Source: an uncultured Mycoplasmatota bacterium (GTDB lineage: Bacteria > Bacillota_I > Bacilli_A > RF39 > UBA660). From it: a stretch of DNA of 64,000 nt. Shown one piece after another: positions 39,241 through 49,299 of this stretch. How positions within the stretch are numbered: position 1 is the first letter of the stretch; each line of letters begins with the position of its first letter. The DNA lies in assembly GCA_948466315.1 (NCBI GenBank), contig CAOJZZ010000001.1:16931-80930 (forward strand), written 5' to 3'. Both the position numbers and the translations under genes were made by a program. Below the pieces are notes generated by a model. That model saw only the letters and a program-made list of their open reading frames with translations. It was not told the DNA's origin and searched no databases.

Positions 39241-39543
39241 ATTAAATTCCCCCTCAAAAATGAAATTACTAATAAAATAGCACAAGACATTATCGAAAAA
39301 AATCGATTTCTGTCAATTTTTACTACTTCTATTATATTATTAGTAAAAAAAATAAAAATTCTAACAAATAAAATTACTTTTTTGATTAGTTATATAAAAT
39401 ATATTAATTGATTAAAAAAATTAACATAATATATCATTAATAATTTTAACAAAACAAAAAAATAGATTATATAAAAAATATCATACATTTTATATAATCT
39501 TATAAAAATAAAATACCTAATTTTCTTTCCACAATTTTTCAAA

Positions 39544-40671
39544 TTAGTAAGTGCGAATTGGCAAAACCAATTGAGTCAAAGAATCATCCTCACTTGATTT
39601 TATTAAAATTGGCTTTATTTCTCCTACAAAATGAATATCAACAACTTCTGTGGAAAAACTCTTCAAAGCTTCCATCATATATTTTGCACTAAATGAAATC
39701 TTAATATCATTACTATTATTCTTAGAAATAGGCATTTTCTCCTCTACTCTACCTATTTCAGCAGAACTACTTCTTAATATTAAAGTATCCCCATTTGTTT
39801 CTAAAGTAACTATATTCTTTTCTTTATCACTAGTTAAAATACTAACACGATCAATAACATCATAAAAATCATTTAATTTAGTACTTACTATTAAAAAGGA
39901 ATCATCTGGCAATAAATTAGAAGTATTAGGGTATGTTCCATTAATTAAACGAGATTCAAATTTTAAATTACCTGTTTTAAATAAAATTTTATTATTAAAT
40001 ATATGTAATTCTATTTCAGATTCATCATCATTTAAAATTCTTGAAAATTCTAATAAATTATGACTAGGAATAACTATATTATAATTTTCTTCACTTTCTT
40101 TACTTAATTTAACTATTTTTCTTGCTAATCTATAAGAATCAGTAGAGTTACATTCTAATATATTACCTACAATATTAAAATTTATCCCAGTAAGAACAGG
40201 CTTACTTTCTTCATTAGAAGAGGCAAAAGCTGTTTGATTAACAATATTCTTTAAGGTACCAACACTTATATTGATTTTCTTTTTGCTTTCTTCTAATCCT
40301 ATGTTAGGATATTCACTTTCACTAATACCATTTAAATTAAATTCACTATTTTCTGTATATATTAATATCTTTAATTCGTCTACTACTTCAATATTAATAT
40401 ATTTATCTGGTAGTTTTCTAACAATATCTAATATATACTTCCCTTGTATAATTATACTACCTTCACTTTCTATAGTAAAATCCTCTTCACTATTAGATTC
40501 TATACTTGTTTGAATAGTAATATCATTATCACTAGCAGTTAAAGTCAATTTTTTCTTTTTCAGCTCAAATTTTATACCAGCTAAAACAGGAATTAAATTT
40601 TTAGTTGATATTGCCTTTGATACTTTATTTAATGCATCTAATAATAAGTCTTTCTTTATAGTTAATTTCAT
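39544..40671 (-). CDS. dnaN: DNA polymerase III beta sliding clamp
   Basis: 375 aa with a three-domain clamp, downstream of dnaA. Confidence 0.95.
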   Translation of the reverse strand: MKLTIKKDLLLDALNKVSKAISTKNLIPVLAGIKFELKKKKLTLTASDNDITIQTSIESNSEEDFTIESEGSIIIQGKYILDIVRKLPDKYINIEVVDELKILIYTENSEFNLNGISESEYPNIGLEESKKKINISVGTLKNIVNQTAFASSNEESKPVLTGINFNIVGNILECNSTDSYRLARKIVKLSKESEENYNIVIPSHNLLEFSRILNDDESEIELHIFNNKILFKTGNLKFESRLINGTYPNTSNLLPDDSFLIVSTKLNDFYDVIDRVSILTSDKEKNIVTLETNGDTLILRSSSAEIGRVEEKMPISKNNSNDIKISFSAKYMMEALKSFSTEVVDIHFVGEIKPILIKSSEDDSLTQLVLPIRTY

Positions 40672-40803
40672 ATATTAATCCTTCTTTCTTTTATATTTTT
40701 ATATTATTACTGTGGAAAAAGACGAAAACCATCTTTTTTATTTATTGTATAAAGATTTTAACAAAATTTCAAGCTGTGGAAATCTTTCATCTTTTAAAAA
40801 GTT
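40672..40803. promoter_or_regulatory. oriC segment in the dnaA-dnaN spacer with DnaA boxes
   Basis: TGTGGAAAA at 40711..40719 and TGTGGAAAT at 40775..40783, within AT-rich surroundings. Confidence 0.7.
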
Positions 40804-42162
40804 TTACACAATACCAATATCTTTTTTTAATTTCTCTATTATATTTGCTAAATCTTTATTAACCTTAATTTCATTTTCAATCTTTTCAACAGAGTGCATT
40901 ACTGTCGAATGATCTTTTCCACCAAATTCTGTTCCTATCTTAGGAAAAGATTCACTAGTCATTGTTCTACAAAGATACATTGCAATCTGTCTAGGAAAAG
41001 AAATATTAGAGCTCCTTTTTTTACTTCTAATATCCTCAACAGATATTTGAAAATATTCAGAAACTATTTTTTGTATTCTATGAATATCATTTTTTTCCCC
41101 CATTCCTTTACTAATAAAGTCTTTTAATGCTTCTAATGCTAAATCTAATGTAATATTAGCCCCACCCATAATAGTAGAATAAGCTATCAATCTAGTAACA
41201 GAACCTTCAAGTTGCCGGACATCAGTTCCAATATTAGAAGCAATATATTCAATTACATCATCAGGTATTTCTTGCTCAAAATTACCTGAAATTATCTTTT
41301 TTCTTAATATTTCTTTTCGTAAAGTAAAATCTGGAGGAAATATATTTACTGTTAATCCCCAACAAAATCTAGTTCTTAAACGGTCCTCCAATAACTTCAA
41401 ATCATCAGGAGATCTATCAGAAGAAATAATTATTTGTTTACTATCATTATAAAGGGTATTAAATGTATGGAAAAACTCCTGTTGTGTTTGAGTAGCTCCG
41501 CCTAAAAATTGAATATCATCAATAATAAGAACATCTATATTTCTATACTTATCCTTGAAAAAATCAACATAATTAAAATTTGTACCATTATCATCTTTTT
41601 TATTAATTCCAACAAAATCTTGTATAAATTGATCACTTGTAACGTAGAGCACTTTTTTATTTGTATTGGCAACTATATAATTACCAATAGCATGCATAAG
41701 ATGAGTTTTACCAAGACCACTATTTCCATAAATAAAAAGAGGATTATACATATTACCAGGGTTTTCCGCTACTGATAAAGAAGCAGCTTGAGCAAATTTA
41801 TTACTATTACCAACAATAAAGTTTTCGAACGTATATTTATCTTTTAAATTTGAATTTTCTAAATACTTTGATGTGGTTTTAACACTTTCTTCTTTTAATT
41901 CCTCCTTTTCTTGAATTTCCTCTTTTAATAATAATACCAACTCATAATTAGAACCAGTAATGGCTAATAATTTATCAGAAATTAAACTTGCATAATTATC
42001 AATTAAATGTTTTTTATGAATAGGCATTGGTACAATTATATAGGCCTTACCATTATGTAATCTATATAATTTAGTATCCGAAAACCAAGTTTCAAACGAA
42101 AGTGAAGTAAGTTCATCTTTTATTTGTCCTAAAAAATTGGACCATAAAATATCAACATTCAT
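40804..42162 (-). CDS. dnaA: chromosomal replication initiator DnaA
   Basis: AAA+ motifs GNSGLGKTHL and LIIDDIQFL, plus C-terminal DNA-binding domain IV. The likely start is the internal ATG (MNVDILWS); the track extends it to 42177. Confidence 0.97.
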   Translation of the reverse strand: MNVDILWSNFLGQIKDELTSLSFETWFSDTKLYRLHNGKAYIIVPMPIHKKHLIDNYASLISDKLLAITGSNYELVLLLKEEIQEKEELKEESVKTTSKYLENSNLKDKYTFENFIVGNSNKFAQAASLSVAENPGNMYNPLFIYGNSGLGKTHLMHAIGNYIVANTNKKVLYVTSDQFIQDFVGINKKDDNGTNFNYVDFFKDKYRNIDVLIIDDIQFLGGATQTQQEFFHTFNTLYNDSKQIIISSDRSPDDLKLLEDRLRTRFCWGLTVNIFPPDFTLRKEILRKKIISGNFEQEIPDDVIEYIASNIGTDVRQLEGSVTRLIAYSTIMGGANITLDLALEALKDFISKGMGEKNDIHRIQKIVSEYFQISVEDIRSKKRSSNISFPRQIAMYLCRTMTSESFPKIGTEFGGKDHSTVMHSVEKIENEIKVNKDLANIIEKLKKDIGIV

Positions 42163-42209
42163 AATACCACCCCGCAAGAAAACTAAACTACGATTAGTAT
42201 AAATTAAAT

Positions 42210-42386
42210 TGTGGAAAAAAGAAACAATTTTATGATAAAAAAATTATCAACAATTAATCAACAAACTTTTCCACTAAAAAACATATTGATATACTTCAAA
42301 AAAATAAAGTTTTCCACATTTTCCACAGTTTTTTATAAACACAATAGTAAAACTTATTCCACAACAATGTGGAAATTGTGGATTGC
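42210..42386. promoter_or_regulatory. oriC DnaA-box cluster upstream of dnaA
   Basis: DnaA-box 9-mers with one or two mismatches at 42210, 42310, 42319, 42355, 42368 and 42378 (TGTGGAAAA, TTTTCCACA x2, TTATTCCACA, TGTGGAAAT, TGTGGATTG). An AT-rich DUE-like tract follows. Confidence 0.75.
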
Positions 42387-42848
42387 AAATTAAAAAATAA
42401 TAAAAAAAATAAACTTTTAAATCACTCACAAAAAATTTATAATTAAAGATAACTATATACTTATTCTAGATAATTAAAATTTTCAATTTGATTAATAAAA
42501 GACTTAAGAAACTGGTATGAAGATATTAAATTTTTATTATTACCACCCTACTCTATAATACTAGCCAGAAAAATTCTAAATACTAAATAATAATTAGCTA
42601 CTAAATACCAATAAATTTCTTAGACTTGTTAAATAATAAAAAACTTCTATGTATAAAAATAACACTATATACTAATTCATCAATAATAATTTGATAAAAT
42701 ACAAAATTTTCCCTTCCTAAAAGATAAACATTTCTATACCAATATTTATGAATTACTTTTAGTATTACAACTAAATTAACACTTAATATAAATAAGCTCT
42801 CTTAAAAATAATGAAAAACTATCCTAAATAAATATTTTAAAAATATAA

Positions 42849-42878
42849 TTGACAAATCTAAACAATTCTTATTATAAT
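42849..42878 (+). promoter_or_regulatory. sigmaA-type promoter of rpmH-rnpA
   Basis: TTGACA (42849-42854), an 18-bp spacer, then TATAAT (42873-42878). Confidence 0.5.
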
Positions 42879-42907
42879 AATGGGGATTTATGTCTGGAGG
42901 TGGAAGA

Positions 42908-43030
42908 ATGAAAAGAACATATCAACCAAATAATCGTAAAAAAGCAAAAAAATTAGGATTTTTTGCACGTAAAAAAACAAATATTTTAAATCGTCGTCGT
43001 CGCAAGGGACGTAAACGTCTTTGCAAATAA
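42908..43030 (+). CDS. rpmH: 50S ribosomal protein L34
   Basis: My own translation gives [52 protein letters not shown] precedes it. It is below the ORF-track length cutoff. Confidence 0.95.
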   Translation: MKRTYQPNNRKKAKKLGFFARKKTNILNRRRRKGRKRLCK

Positions 43031-43078
43031 AATACCGCTGATAAAAACAGTGGTTTTTTACTCTTATTATAAAGATAG

Positions 43079-43441
43079 GTGATACTAGTGAGAAAATTAT
43101 ATATAGTAAAACATCAAAGAGACTTTGATAATCTCATAAAAAATGGTAAAAAACAAAAGAATAAAAGTTTTATTATATATTATGAATCTAATAATTTACC
43201 ATATGATCGATTTGGAATTTCAGTAGGCAAAAAACTAGGTAATGCAGTATATCGTAATAAATACAAAAGAAAAATAAGGTCAATACTAGATAGTTATAAA
43301 AAACTATATATAAATAATAAAGATTATATTATAATATTAAGAGGAAGTGCCAAAGACAAAAATTATCAAGAATTAAAAGAAGAACTTCTAACACTAATGA
43401 ATGTTATAAGGAAGGAAATAAAAGATGAAAAGAAAAAATAA
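43079..43441 (+). CDS. rnpA: ribonuclease P protein component
   Basis: A basic 120-aa protein directly after rpmH, containing KKLGNAVYRNKYKRKIR. Confidence 0.9.
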   Translation: MILVRKLYIVKHQRDFDNLIKNGKKQKNKSFIIYYESNNLPYDRFGISVGKKLGNAVYRNKYKRKIRSILDSYKKLYINNKDYIIILRGSAKDKNYQELKEELLTLMNVIRKEIKDEKKK

Positions 43442-44360
43442 TAAATTTAGAATAATAATAGTATTGATATTATTATTAATAGCAACAGGTTGTACAACAA
43501 CACTAACAGATAAAAATAAACAACCAGTAAAAAATAAAGAAACAGGTCAAAATTTAACCAAAAATATTATCTGTCAGCCAACTAATAAAATAACTATCAA
43601 AGCCTATGAAAAGAATGGGGTAGACATAGAAAAATTACCACCTTGTGACAAATTTAAAATAACCTCAGGAAAATATGAAGGACTATGGACCAGTATTTTT
43701 GTAAAACCTTTAGCTTTTGTATTAATATTATTAGGAAAACAAATAGGAAATTATGCAATATCATTAATAATTATTAGTCTAATTATTCGATTGATAGCTT
43801 TCCCAATTACTAAAAAAACAGCCCTACAATCAGAATTAATCAAAAAGGCCCAACCAGAGCTAGATAGAATTCAAAAAAAGTATAAAGACAAACAAGACCA
43901 AGAAGCAATGATTAAACAAAATCAAGAAATGCTAATGATTTATAAAAAATATAATATAAATCCAATGTCAGGGTGCCTATTCTCAATGCTACAATTACCT
44001 TTATTTATTGCTTTTTTCGAAGCAGTACAAAGAACACCAGCAATATTCGAAGATAAATTTTTAGGATTACAACTCGGAACCACTCCAGCAGTAGGAATAT
44101 CTCAAGCAACATTTTATGCTTATCTAATATTAATCATTTTAATAGCCCTAACAACATACTTCTCTTTTAAAATGAATGTAACTGGAAATATGTCTGATCC
44201 AAGTATGAAAATGATGCCACTGATGATGTCAGTTATGATTGTAATTACAGCAATTTTTATGCCATCTGGTCTAGGAATATATTGGATTACTTCTAATATT
44301 TGTACAATAGTACAAAATATCTTGGTGAAAAGGAGTAAAGAAGCTAATGGAAAAGCATAA
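43425..44360 (+). CDS. yidC: membrane protein insertase YidC/SpoIIIJ (lipoprotein form)
   Basis: Lipobox LLIATGC, followed by the conserved 5-TM 60-kDa insertase core. Confidence 0.9.
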   Translation: MKRKNNKFRIIIVLILLLIATGCTTTLTDKNKQPVKNKETGQNLTKNIICQPTNKITIKAYEKNGVDIEKLPPCDKFKITSGKYEGLWTSIFVKPLAFVLILLGKQIGNYAISLIIISLIIRLIAFPITKKTALQSELIKKAQPELDRIQKKYKDKQDQEAMIKQNQEMLMIYKKYNINPMSGCLFSMLQLPLFIAFFEAVQRTPAIFEDKFLGLQLGTTPAVGISQATFYAYLILIILIALTTYFSFKMNVTGNMSDPSMKMMPLMMSVMIVITAIFMPSGLGIYWITSNICTIVQNILVKRSKEANGKA

Positions 44361-44961
44361 ATATCAAGGCAGAACAAAAGAAGATGCCATCCTGCAAGCA
44401 ACAATAAACTTACAAGAAACTGAAAATAACTTATTAATAAAAGAGTTAGAAGCTAGTAAAAATGGTTTATTAAAAAGTAAAAAAGTAGAAATAGAAGTAT
44501 TAGAAAAAAGAGATGTTATTAAATATATCAAAGACTATATAATAAAATTATTAAAAGATATGGGTTTTACAATAGATATTGAAATAAAAAATAAAAGTGA
44601 AATTCCAACATATATAATTTATTCAGATAATGATGCCTTACTTATTGGCAAAAACGGTAAAAATCTTAAAGCTTTATCAATTATTGTTAGTCAGCATATA
44701 AATAAAGAAATAGGTAATAACTTCAAATTTATAATTGATATAAACGACTATAAAGAAAAAAGAAATAAATCGTTAGAAATACTTGCAAAAAAAATTGCTA
44801 AAGAAGTAGCAGAAAGTAAAATAGAAGCTAAATTAGATTCAATGAATTCATATGAGCGAAGAATTATTCATAATACTTTAATTAATAACCCAAACGTATC
44901 TACTAAAAGTGAAGGTGAAGAACCTAATCGTTATGTTGTAGTTTATCCAAAACAAAGTTAA
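44347..44961 (+). CDS. jag: Jag/KhpB RNA-binding protein (KH and R3H domains)
   Basis: The R3H motif SMNSYERRIIHNTL is near the C-terminus, and the gene is co-ordered with yidC. Confidence 0.85.
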   Translation: MEKHKYQGRTKEDAILQATINLQETENNLLIKELEASKNGLLKSKKVEIEVLEKRDVIKYIKDYIIKLLKDMGFTIDIEIKNKSEIPTYIIYSDNDALLIGKNGKNLKALSIIVSQHINKEIGNNFKFIIDINDYKEKRNKSLEILAKKIAKEVAESKIEAKLDSMNSYERRIIHNTLINNPNVSTKSEGEEPNRYVVVYPKQS

Positions 44962-45106
44962 AATGCCCAACCAAGGCTATTATACTTTTATGAATTAATT
45001 GTTGACATAATAGTAGTAATAAAAAGCACACTGCTTAACAAAATGAGCAGTTTTTTAATTATCAACAAAACATTATGTTATAATAACAAAAGAAAGAGGG
45101 AGACAA

Positions 45107-46459
45107 ATGGATGACACAATAGTAGCAATTTCAACGACCATGGGAGTAGGTGCTATATCAATAATTAGATTAAGTGGAAAAGAAGCTTTAGCTATAGTCA
45201 ATAATTGCTTTCAAGGAAAAGACTTAACCACAGTAAAATCTCATACTATACATTATGGTTATATTAAAGATAATGAAGAATTAATTGATGAAGTATTAGT
45301 ATCAGTTATGAAAAGTCCAAAAACTTTTACAAGAGAAGACGTAATTGAAATCAACTGTCATGGAGGCATAATTGCTACTAACAGAATATTACAAACAATG
45401 TTAAATCATGGAGCAAGATTAGCAGAAGCGGGAGAATTTACTAAAAGAGCCTTTCTAAATGGAAGAATAGACCTAGTTGAAAGTGAAGCAGTAATGGATT
45501 TAATTCAAAGTAAAAGTGAAGAATCAAGGAAATTAGCTTTATCACAATTAACTGGAAAAACATCAAATCTAATTACTAATTTTCGTGACAAATTAAAAGA
45601 TTTACTATCAGCAATAGAAGTAAATATTGATTATCCAGAATATTATGATATAGAAATTATCACCAAAGAAAAAATCAAAGACCAAATAAATGTACTCAAA
45701 AAAGATTTACAAAGATTAATAAAAGAATCTCAAAACTCAACAACTATCAAAAATGGTATCAAAACAGTAATAATAGGCAAACCAAATGTAGGAAAAAGTA
45801 GTATTTTAAACAAATTAATAGAACAAGAAAAAGCTATTGTGACAGATATAGCAGGTACAACTCGTGATATTGTAGAAGGAGAAATATATTTAGATGGAAT
45901 ACTATTAAATATTATTGACACAGCAGGAATAAGAGATACTGATAATATAGTAGAAAAAATAGGTGTAGAAAAAAGCCTTTCTATGATAAACGAAGCTGAT
46001 TTAGTAATTACCGTTTTTAATAGTAATGAAGAATTAGCCCAAGAAGATAAAAAAATATTAACACAAACAGAACAAAAACAAAGAATAATTGTCTTAAATA
46101 AAAATGATTTACCTAAAAATTTAAAACTACCTATAGATTTAAAAAATGTTGTAGAAACAAATACCAACACTATCGAAGGCATTAATCCTATCAAAGAAAA
46201 AATAAAAGAATTATTCAATTTAGAACAATTACAGACAAAGGATTATACCTATCTTGCCAATAGTAGACAAATATCTCTAGCCAAAAAATCATATCAAAAT
46301 TTACTAGATGCTGAAAATAGTATTCAAGAAGATTTACCAGTAGATATGGTAGAAATAGATTTAAAGGAATGCTTTGATAATTTAGGACAAATAATAGGAG
46401 CAACCTACAACGAAGAAATAATTGATAATCTCTTTGAAAACTTTTGTGTAGGAAAATAG
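45107..46459 (+). CDS. mnmE: tRNA modification GTPase MnmE
   Basis: G-domain GKPNVGKSS, DIAGTTRD and DTAGIR, with a C-terminal CxGK. Confidence 0.95.
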   Translation: MDDTIVAISTTMGVGAISIIRLSGKEALAIVNNCFQGKDLTTVKSHTIHYGYIKDNEELIDEVLVSVMKSPKTFTREDVIEINCHGGIIATNRILQTMLNHGARLAEAGEFTKRAFLNGRIDLVESEAVMDLIQSKSEESRKLALSQLTGKTSNLITNFRDKLKDLLSAIEVNIDYPEYYDIEIITKEKIKDQINVLKKDLQRLIKESQNSTTIKNGIKTVIIGKPNVGKSSILNKLIEQEKAIVTDIAGTTRDIVEGEIYLDGILLNIIDTAGIRDTDNIVEKIGVEKSLSMINEADLVITVFNSNEELAQEDKKILTQTEQKQRIIVLNKNDLPKNLKLPIDLKNVVETNTNTIEGINPIKEKIKELFNLEQLQTKDYTYLANSRQISLAKKSYQNLLDAENSIQEDLPVDMVEIDLKECFDNLGQIIGATYNEEIIDNLFENFCVGK

Positions 46460-46462
46460 GAA

Positions 46463-48334
46463 GTGAAACATATGGAATATGAAATAATAGTAGTAGGAGG
46501 AGGCCATGCAGGTTGTGAAGCCTCACTAGCAGCAGCAAGAAAAAAACATAAAACATTACTAGTAACAGGAAATATTAATAATATTGCCGATATGCCTTGC
46601 AATCCATCAATAGGAGGACCAGCTAAAGGAGTAGTAGTAAGAGAAATAGATGCTCTAGGTGGAGAAATGGCTAGAAATGCTGATAAGGGAGCCTTACAAG
46701 TAAAAATGTTAAATACTAAAAAAGGTCCAGCAGTACAAGCCCTAAGAGCACAAGCTGATAAAATTACTTATCCAAAAGAAATGTTAAAAACATTAAAATC
46801 CGAAAAATACTTAGATATAAAAGAAGGGATGGTAGAAGATTTAATTATTGAAAATGACACTATAAAAGGAGTAAAACTCAGTGATAAAACAGCAGTTTAT
46901 GCTAAATCAGTTATTTTAACAACAGGAACCTACCTAAAAGCTATGATTCTAACAGGAGCTAATAAAGAACCTGGTGGTCCTCATGGAGAAAAAGAATCAA
47001 AATTCCTAAGTACAAAATTAAAAGAACTAGGATTTAAAATTCTTCGACTAAAAACAGGAACTCCTCCAAGAATCGAAAAGTCATCAATAAATTATTCAAA
47101 AGCATCAATAGAACTAGGCGATGATTTACCTAGAACCTTTTCCTTTGATAATAAAATTTACTATGATATAAATAATCAAGTACCATGTCATTTAATATAT
47201 ACCAATGAAACTACTCATACTATAATAAAAGAGCATTTAAAAGAATCAAGTATGTATGGAGGATATGTCGAAGGAATTGGACCAAGATATTGTCCTTCTA
47301 TTGAAGATAAAGTAGTACGCTTTAGTGATAAAGAACGTCATCAATTATTTTTAGAACCAGAAAGTATCTATTATGATGATATTTATCTACAAGGTTTTTC
47401 TACTAGTATGCCTCATGAAGTTCAAGAAGAAATGGTTCATAGCTTAACAGGACTAGAAAATGCTAAAATACTAAAATATGCTTATGCGATAGAATATGAT
47501 GCTATTGATCCTAGACAATTAAAAAGAAGCTTAGAGACCAAAATTATTAAAGGGCTTTTTACAGCAGGACAAATAAATGGAACAAGTGGTTATGAAGAAG
47601 CGGCAGGTCAGGGGTTAATTGCCGGAATAAACGCTTCGTTACTGTTAGAAGAAAAAGATCCACTTATATTAAAAAGAAATGAGTCATATATTGGAGTCTT
47701 AATAGATGATTTAGTAACTAAAGGAATAAAAGATCCTTATAGATTACTAACATCACGATCTGAATATCGATTATTATTAAGACATGATAATGCCGATTTA
47801 AGATTACGTGATTATGGCTACCAAGTTGGTCTAATAAATGAAGATATTTATCAAAAATTTAATCAGAAAAAAGAAGATATCAACAAATTATATAATCTTT
47901 TAAAAACAACTAGAATCACTCCCAAAAAAGAGACGAATTCTTATTTGCAAGAAATAAAAACAACTCCTATAAAAGATGGAATGTCTCTTTATGAATTATT
48001 AAAAAGACCAGAAATAACTATTAAAAATTTAGAGCATTTCATAGAAATACCTTACAGTAATGAAGTAAAAGAACAAATAGAAATTAATACAAAGTATGAA
48101 GGGTATATCAAAAAATCAATAAAAGAAGCTGAAAAAATGTTAGCTTTAGAATCACGTAATATTCCCTCAGACATCGATTATGATAAAATACCAAACTTAG
48201 CAAGTGAAGCACGACAGAAATTATCAGAGATTAACCCTACAACAATTGGACAAGCCTCTAGAATAAGTGGTGTTAATCCAGCAGATATTTCAATATTAAT
48301 GATTTATTTAAAAAGGAATAATAAAAATGACTAA
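46463..48334 (+). CDS. mnmG: tRNA uridine 5-carboxymethylaminomethyl modification enzyme MnmG
   Basis: FAD-binding YEIIVVGGGHAGCEA across 623 aa. Confidence 0.95.
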   Translation: MKHMEYEIIVVGGGHAGCEASLAAARKKHKTLLVTGNINNIADMPCNPSIGGPAKGVVVREIDALGGEMARNADKGALQVKMLNTKKGPAVQALRAQADKITYPKEMLKTLKSEKYLDIKEGMVEDLIIENDTIKGVKLSDKTAVYAKSVILTTGTYLKAMILTGANKEPGGPHGEKESKFLSTKLKELGFKILRLKTGTPPRIEKSSINYSKASIELGDDLPRTFSFDNKIYYDINNQVPCHLIYTNETTHTIIKEHLKESSMYGGYVEGIGPRYCPSIEDKVVRFSDKERHQLFLEPESIYYDDIYLQGFSTSMPHEVQEEMVHSLTGLENAKILKYAYAIEYDAIDPRQLKRSLETKIIKGLFTAGQINGTSGYEEAAGQGLIAGINASLLLEEKDPLILKRNESYIGVLIDDLVTKGIKDPYRLLTSRSEYRLLLRHDNADLRLRDYGYQVGLINEDIYQKFNQKKEDINKLYNLLKTTRITPKKETNSYLQEIKTTPIKDGMSLYELLKRPEITIKNLEHFIEIPYSNEVKEQIEINTKYEGYIKKSIKEAEKMLALESRNIPSDIDYDKIPNLASEARQKLSEINPTTIGQASRISGVNPADISILMIYLKRNNKND

Positions 48335-48968
48335 AGAAGAATTTGAAATAGAATTAAAAAAGCTTGGTATAAATATAACTTTAGAGCAACAAAACCAATT
48401 AAATAAGTTTTATACTTTATTAATAGATTGGAACAAGTCAATAAACCTAACTAGAATTACTGAAATAAAAGATGTTTACTTAAAACATTTCTATGATAGC
48501 CTAACCTTAGTAAAAGTAGTAAATTTAGATAATATAGTAACACTATGTGATGTAGGAACAGGAGCAGGATTTCCAGGAATTGTACTAAAAATATTATATC
48601 CTCATTTAAAAATAACTTTATTAGATTCATTACAAAAAAGAGTAAATTATCTAAACATTATTATAAAGAAACTAGATTTAAAAGATATTAAAGCTATTCA
48701 TATAAGAGGAGAAGATTACAAAGAAACATTTGACCTTGTAGTAGCAAGAGCTGTAGCTAATATAGAAAAGTTAGTTAAATACACTATGCACTTAGTAAAA
48801 AGTGATGGGTCCTTTGTAGCAATGAAAGGAAATATAGAAGAAGAACTAACAGAAGACATAAAAAATAAATTGTCAAAAAAATATAAAATAATTAAAATAG
48901 AAGAATTCAATCTTCCTATAGAAAATAGCAAAAGAAGTTTAGTAGTTCTAAAAAACAAATACAAATAA
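48327..48968 (+). CDS. rsmG: 16S rRNA (guanine527-N7)-methyltransferase RsmG
   Basis: SAM motif DVGTGAGFPGI. Its start overlaps the mnmG stop. Confidence 0.9.
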   Translation: MTKEEFEIELKKLGINITLEQQNQLNKFYTLLIDWNKSINLTRITEIKDVYLKHFYDSLTLVKVVNLDNIVTLCDVGTGAGFPGIVLKILYPHLKITLLDSLQKRVNYLNIIIKKLDLKDIKAIHIRGEDYKETFDLVVARAVANIEKLVKYTMHLVKSDGSFVAMKGNIEEELTEDIKNKLSKKYKIIKIEEFNLPIENSKRSLVVLKNKYK

Positions 48969-49299
48969 CTACATATTTTTAAAGGTTACTATCTTTTGAT
49001 ATCATACTTTAAATAATTTTCTAAATATCAAAATTAAATTAATTAGTACAATGTGCTACTAAGTAAGGAAATTTAAAAATAATAAAATTATCTAGTATAA
49101 TATCTAAATTATTAATAGCATTATAAGTTTTTATATAAACTTGTAATCAACTTTAAAAATTATTTCAATTTGTTAATATAATATATATATTGACATTTTT
49201 TTTGTAATCAAATCAAAAATAATTTTTCTATTGAAAGAAACAACTAAATAGTCTATAATGATAATATAGGGTTAATAAAGAATAAAGGAGGGGACGCTA

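Noticed and set aside
42163-42177. N-terminal extension MRGGI on DnaA, and similar short extensions on rpsF, parA, dnaX, metS and the second SipW-cluster paralogue.
   Set aside because: They are artefacts of the longest-ORF convention. Internal ATGs with better RBS spacing and conserved N-termini indicate the true starts.
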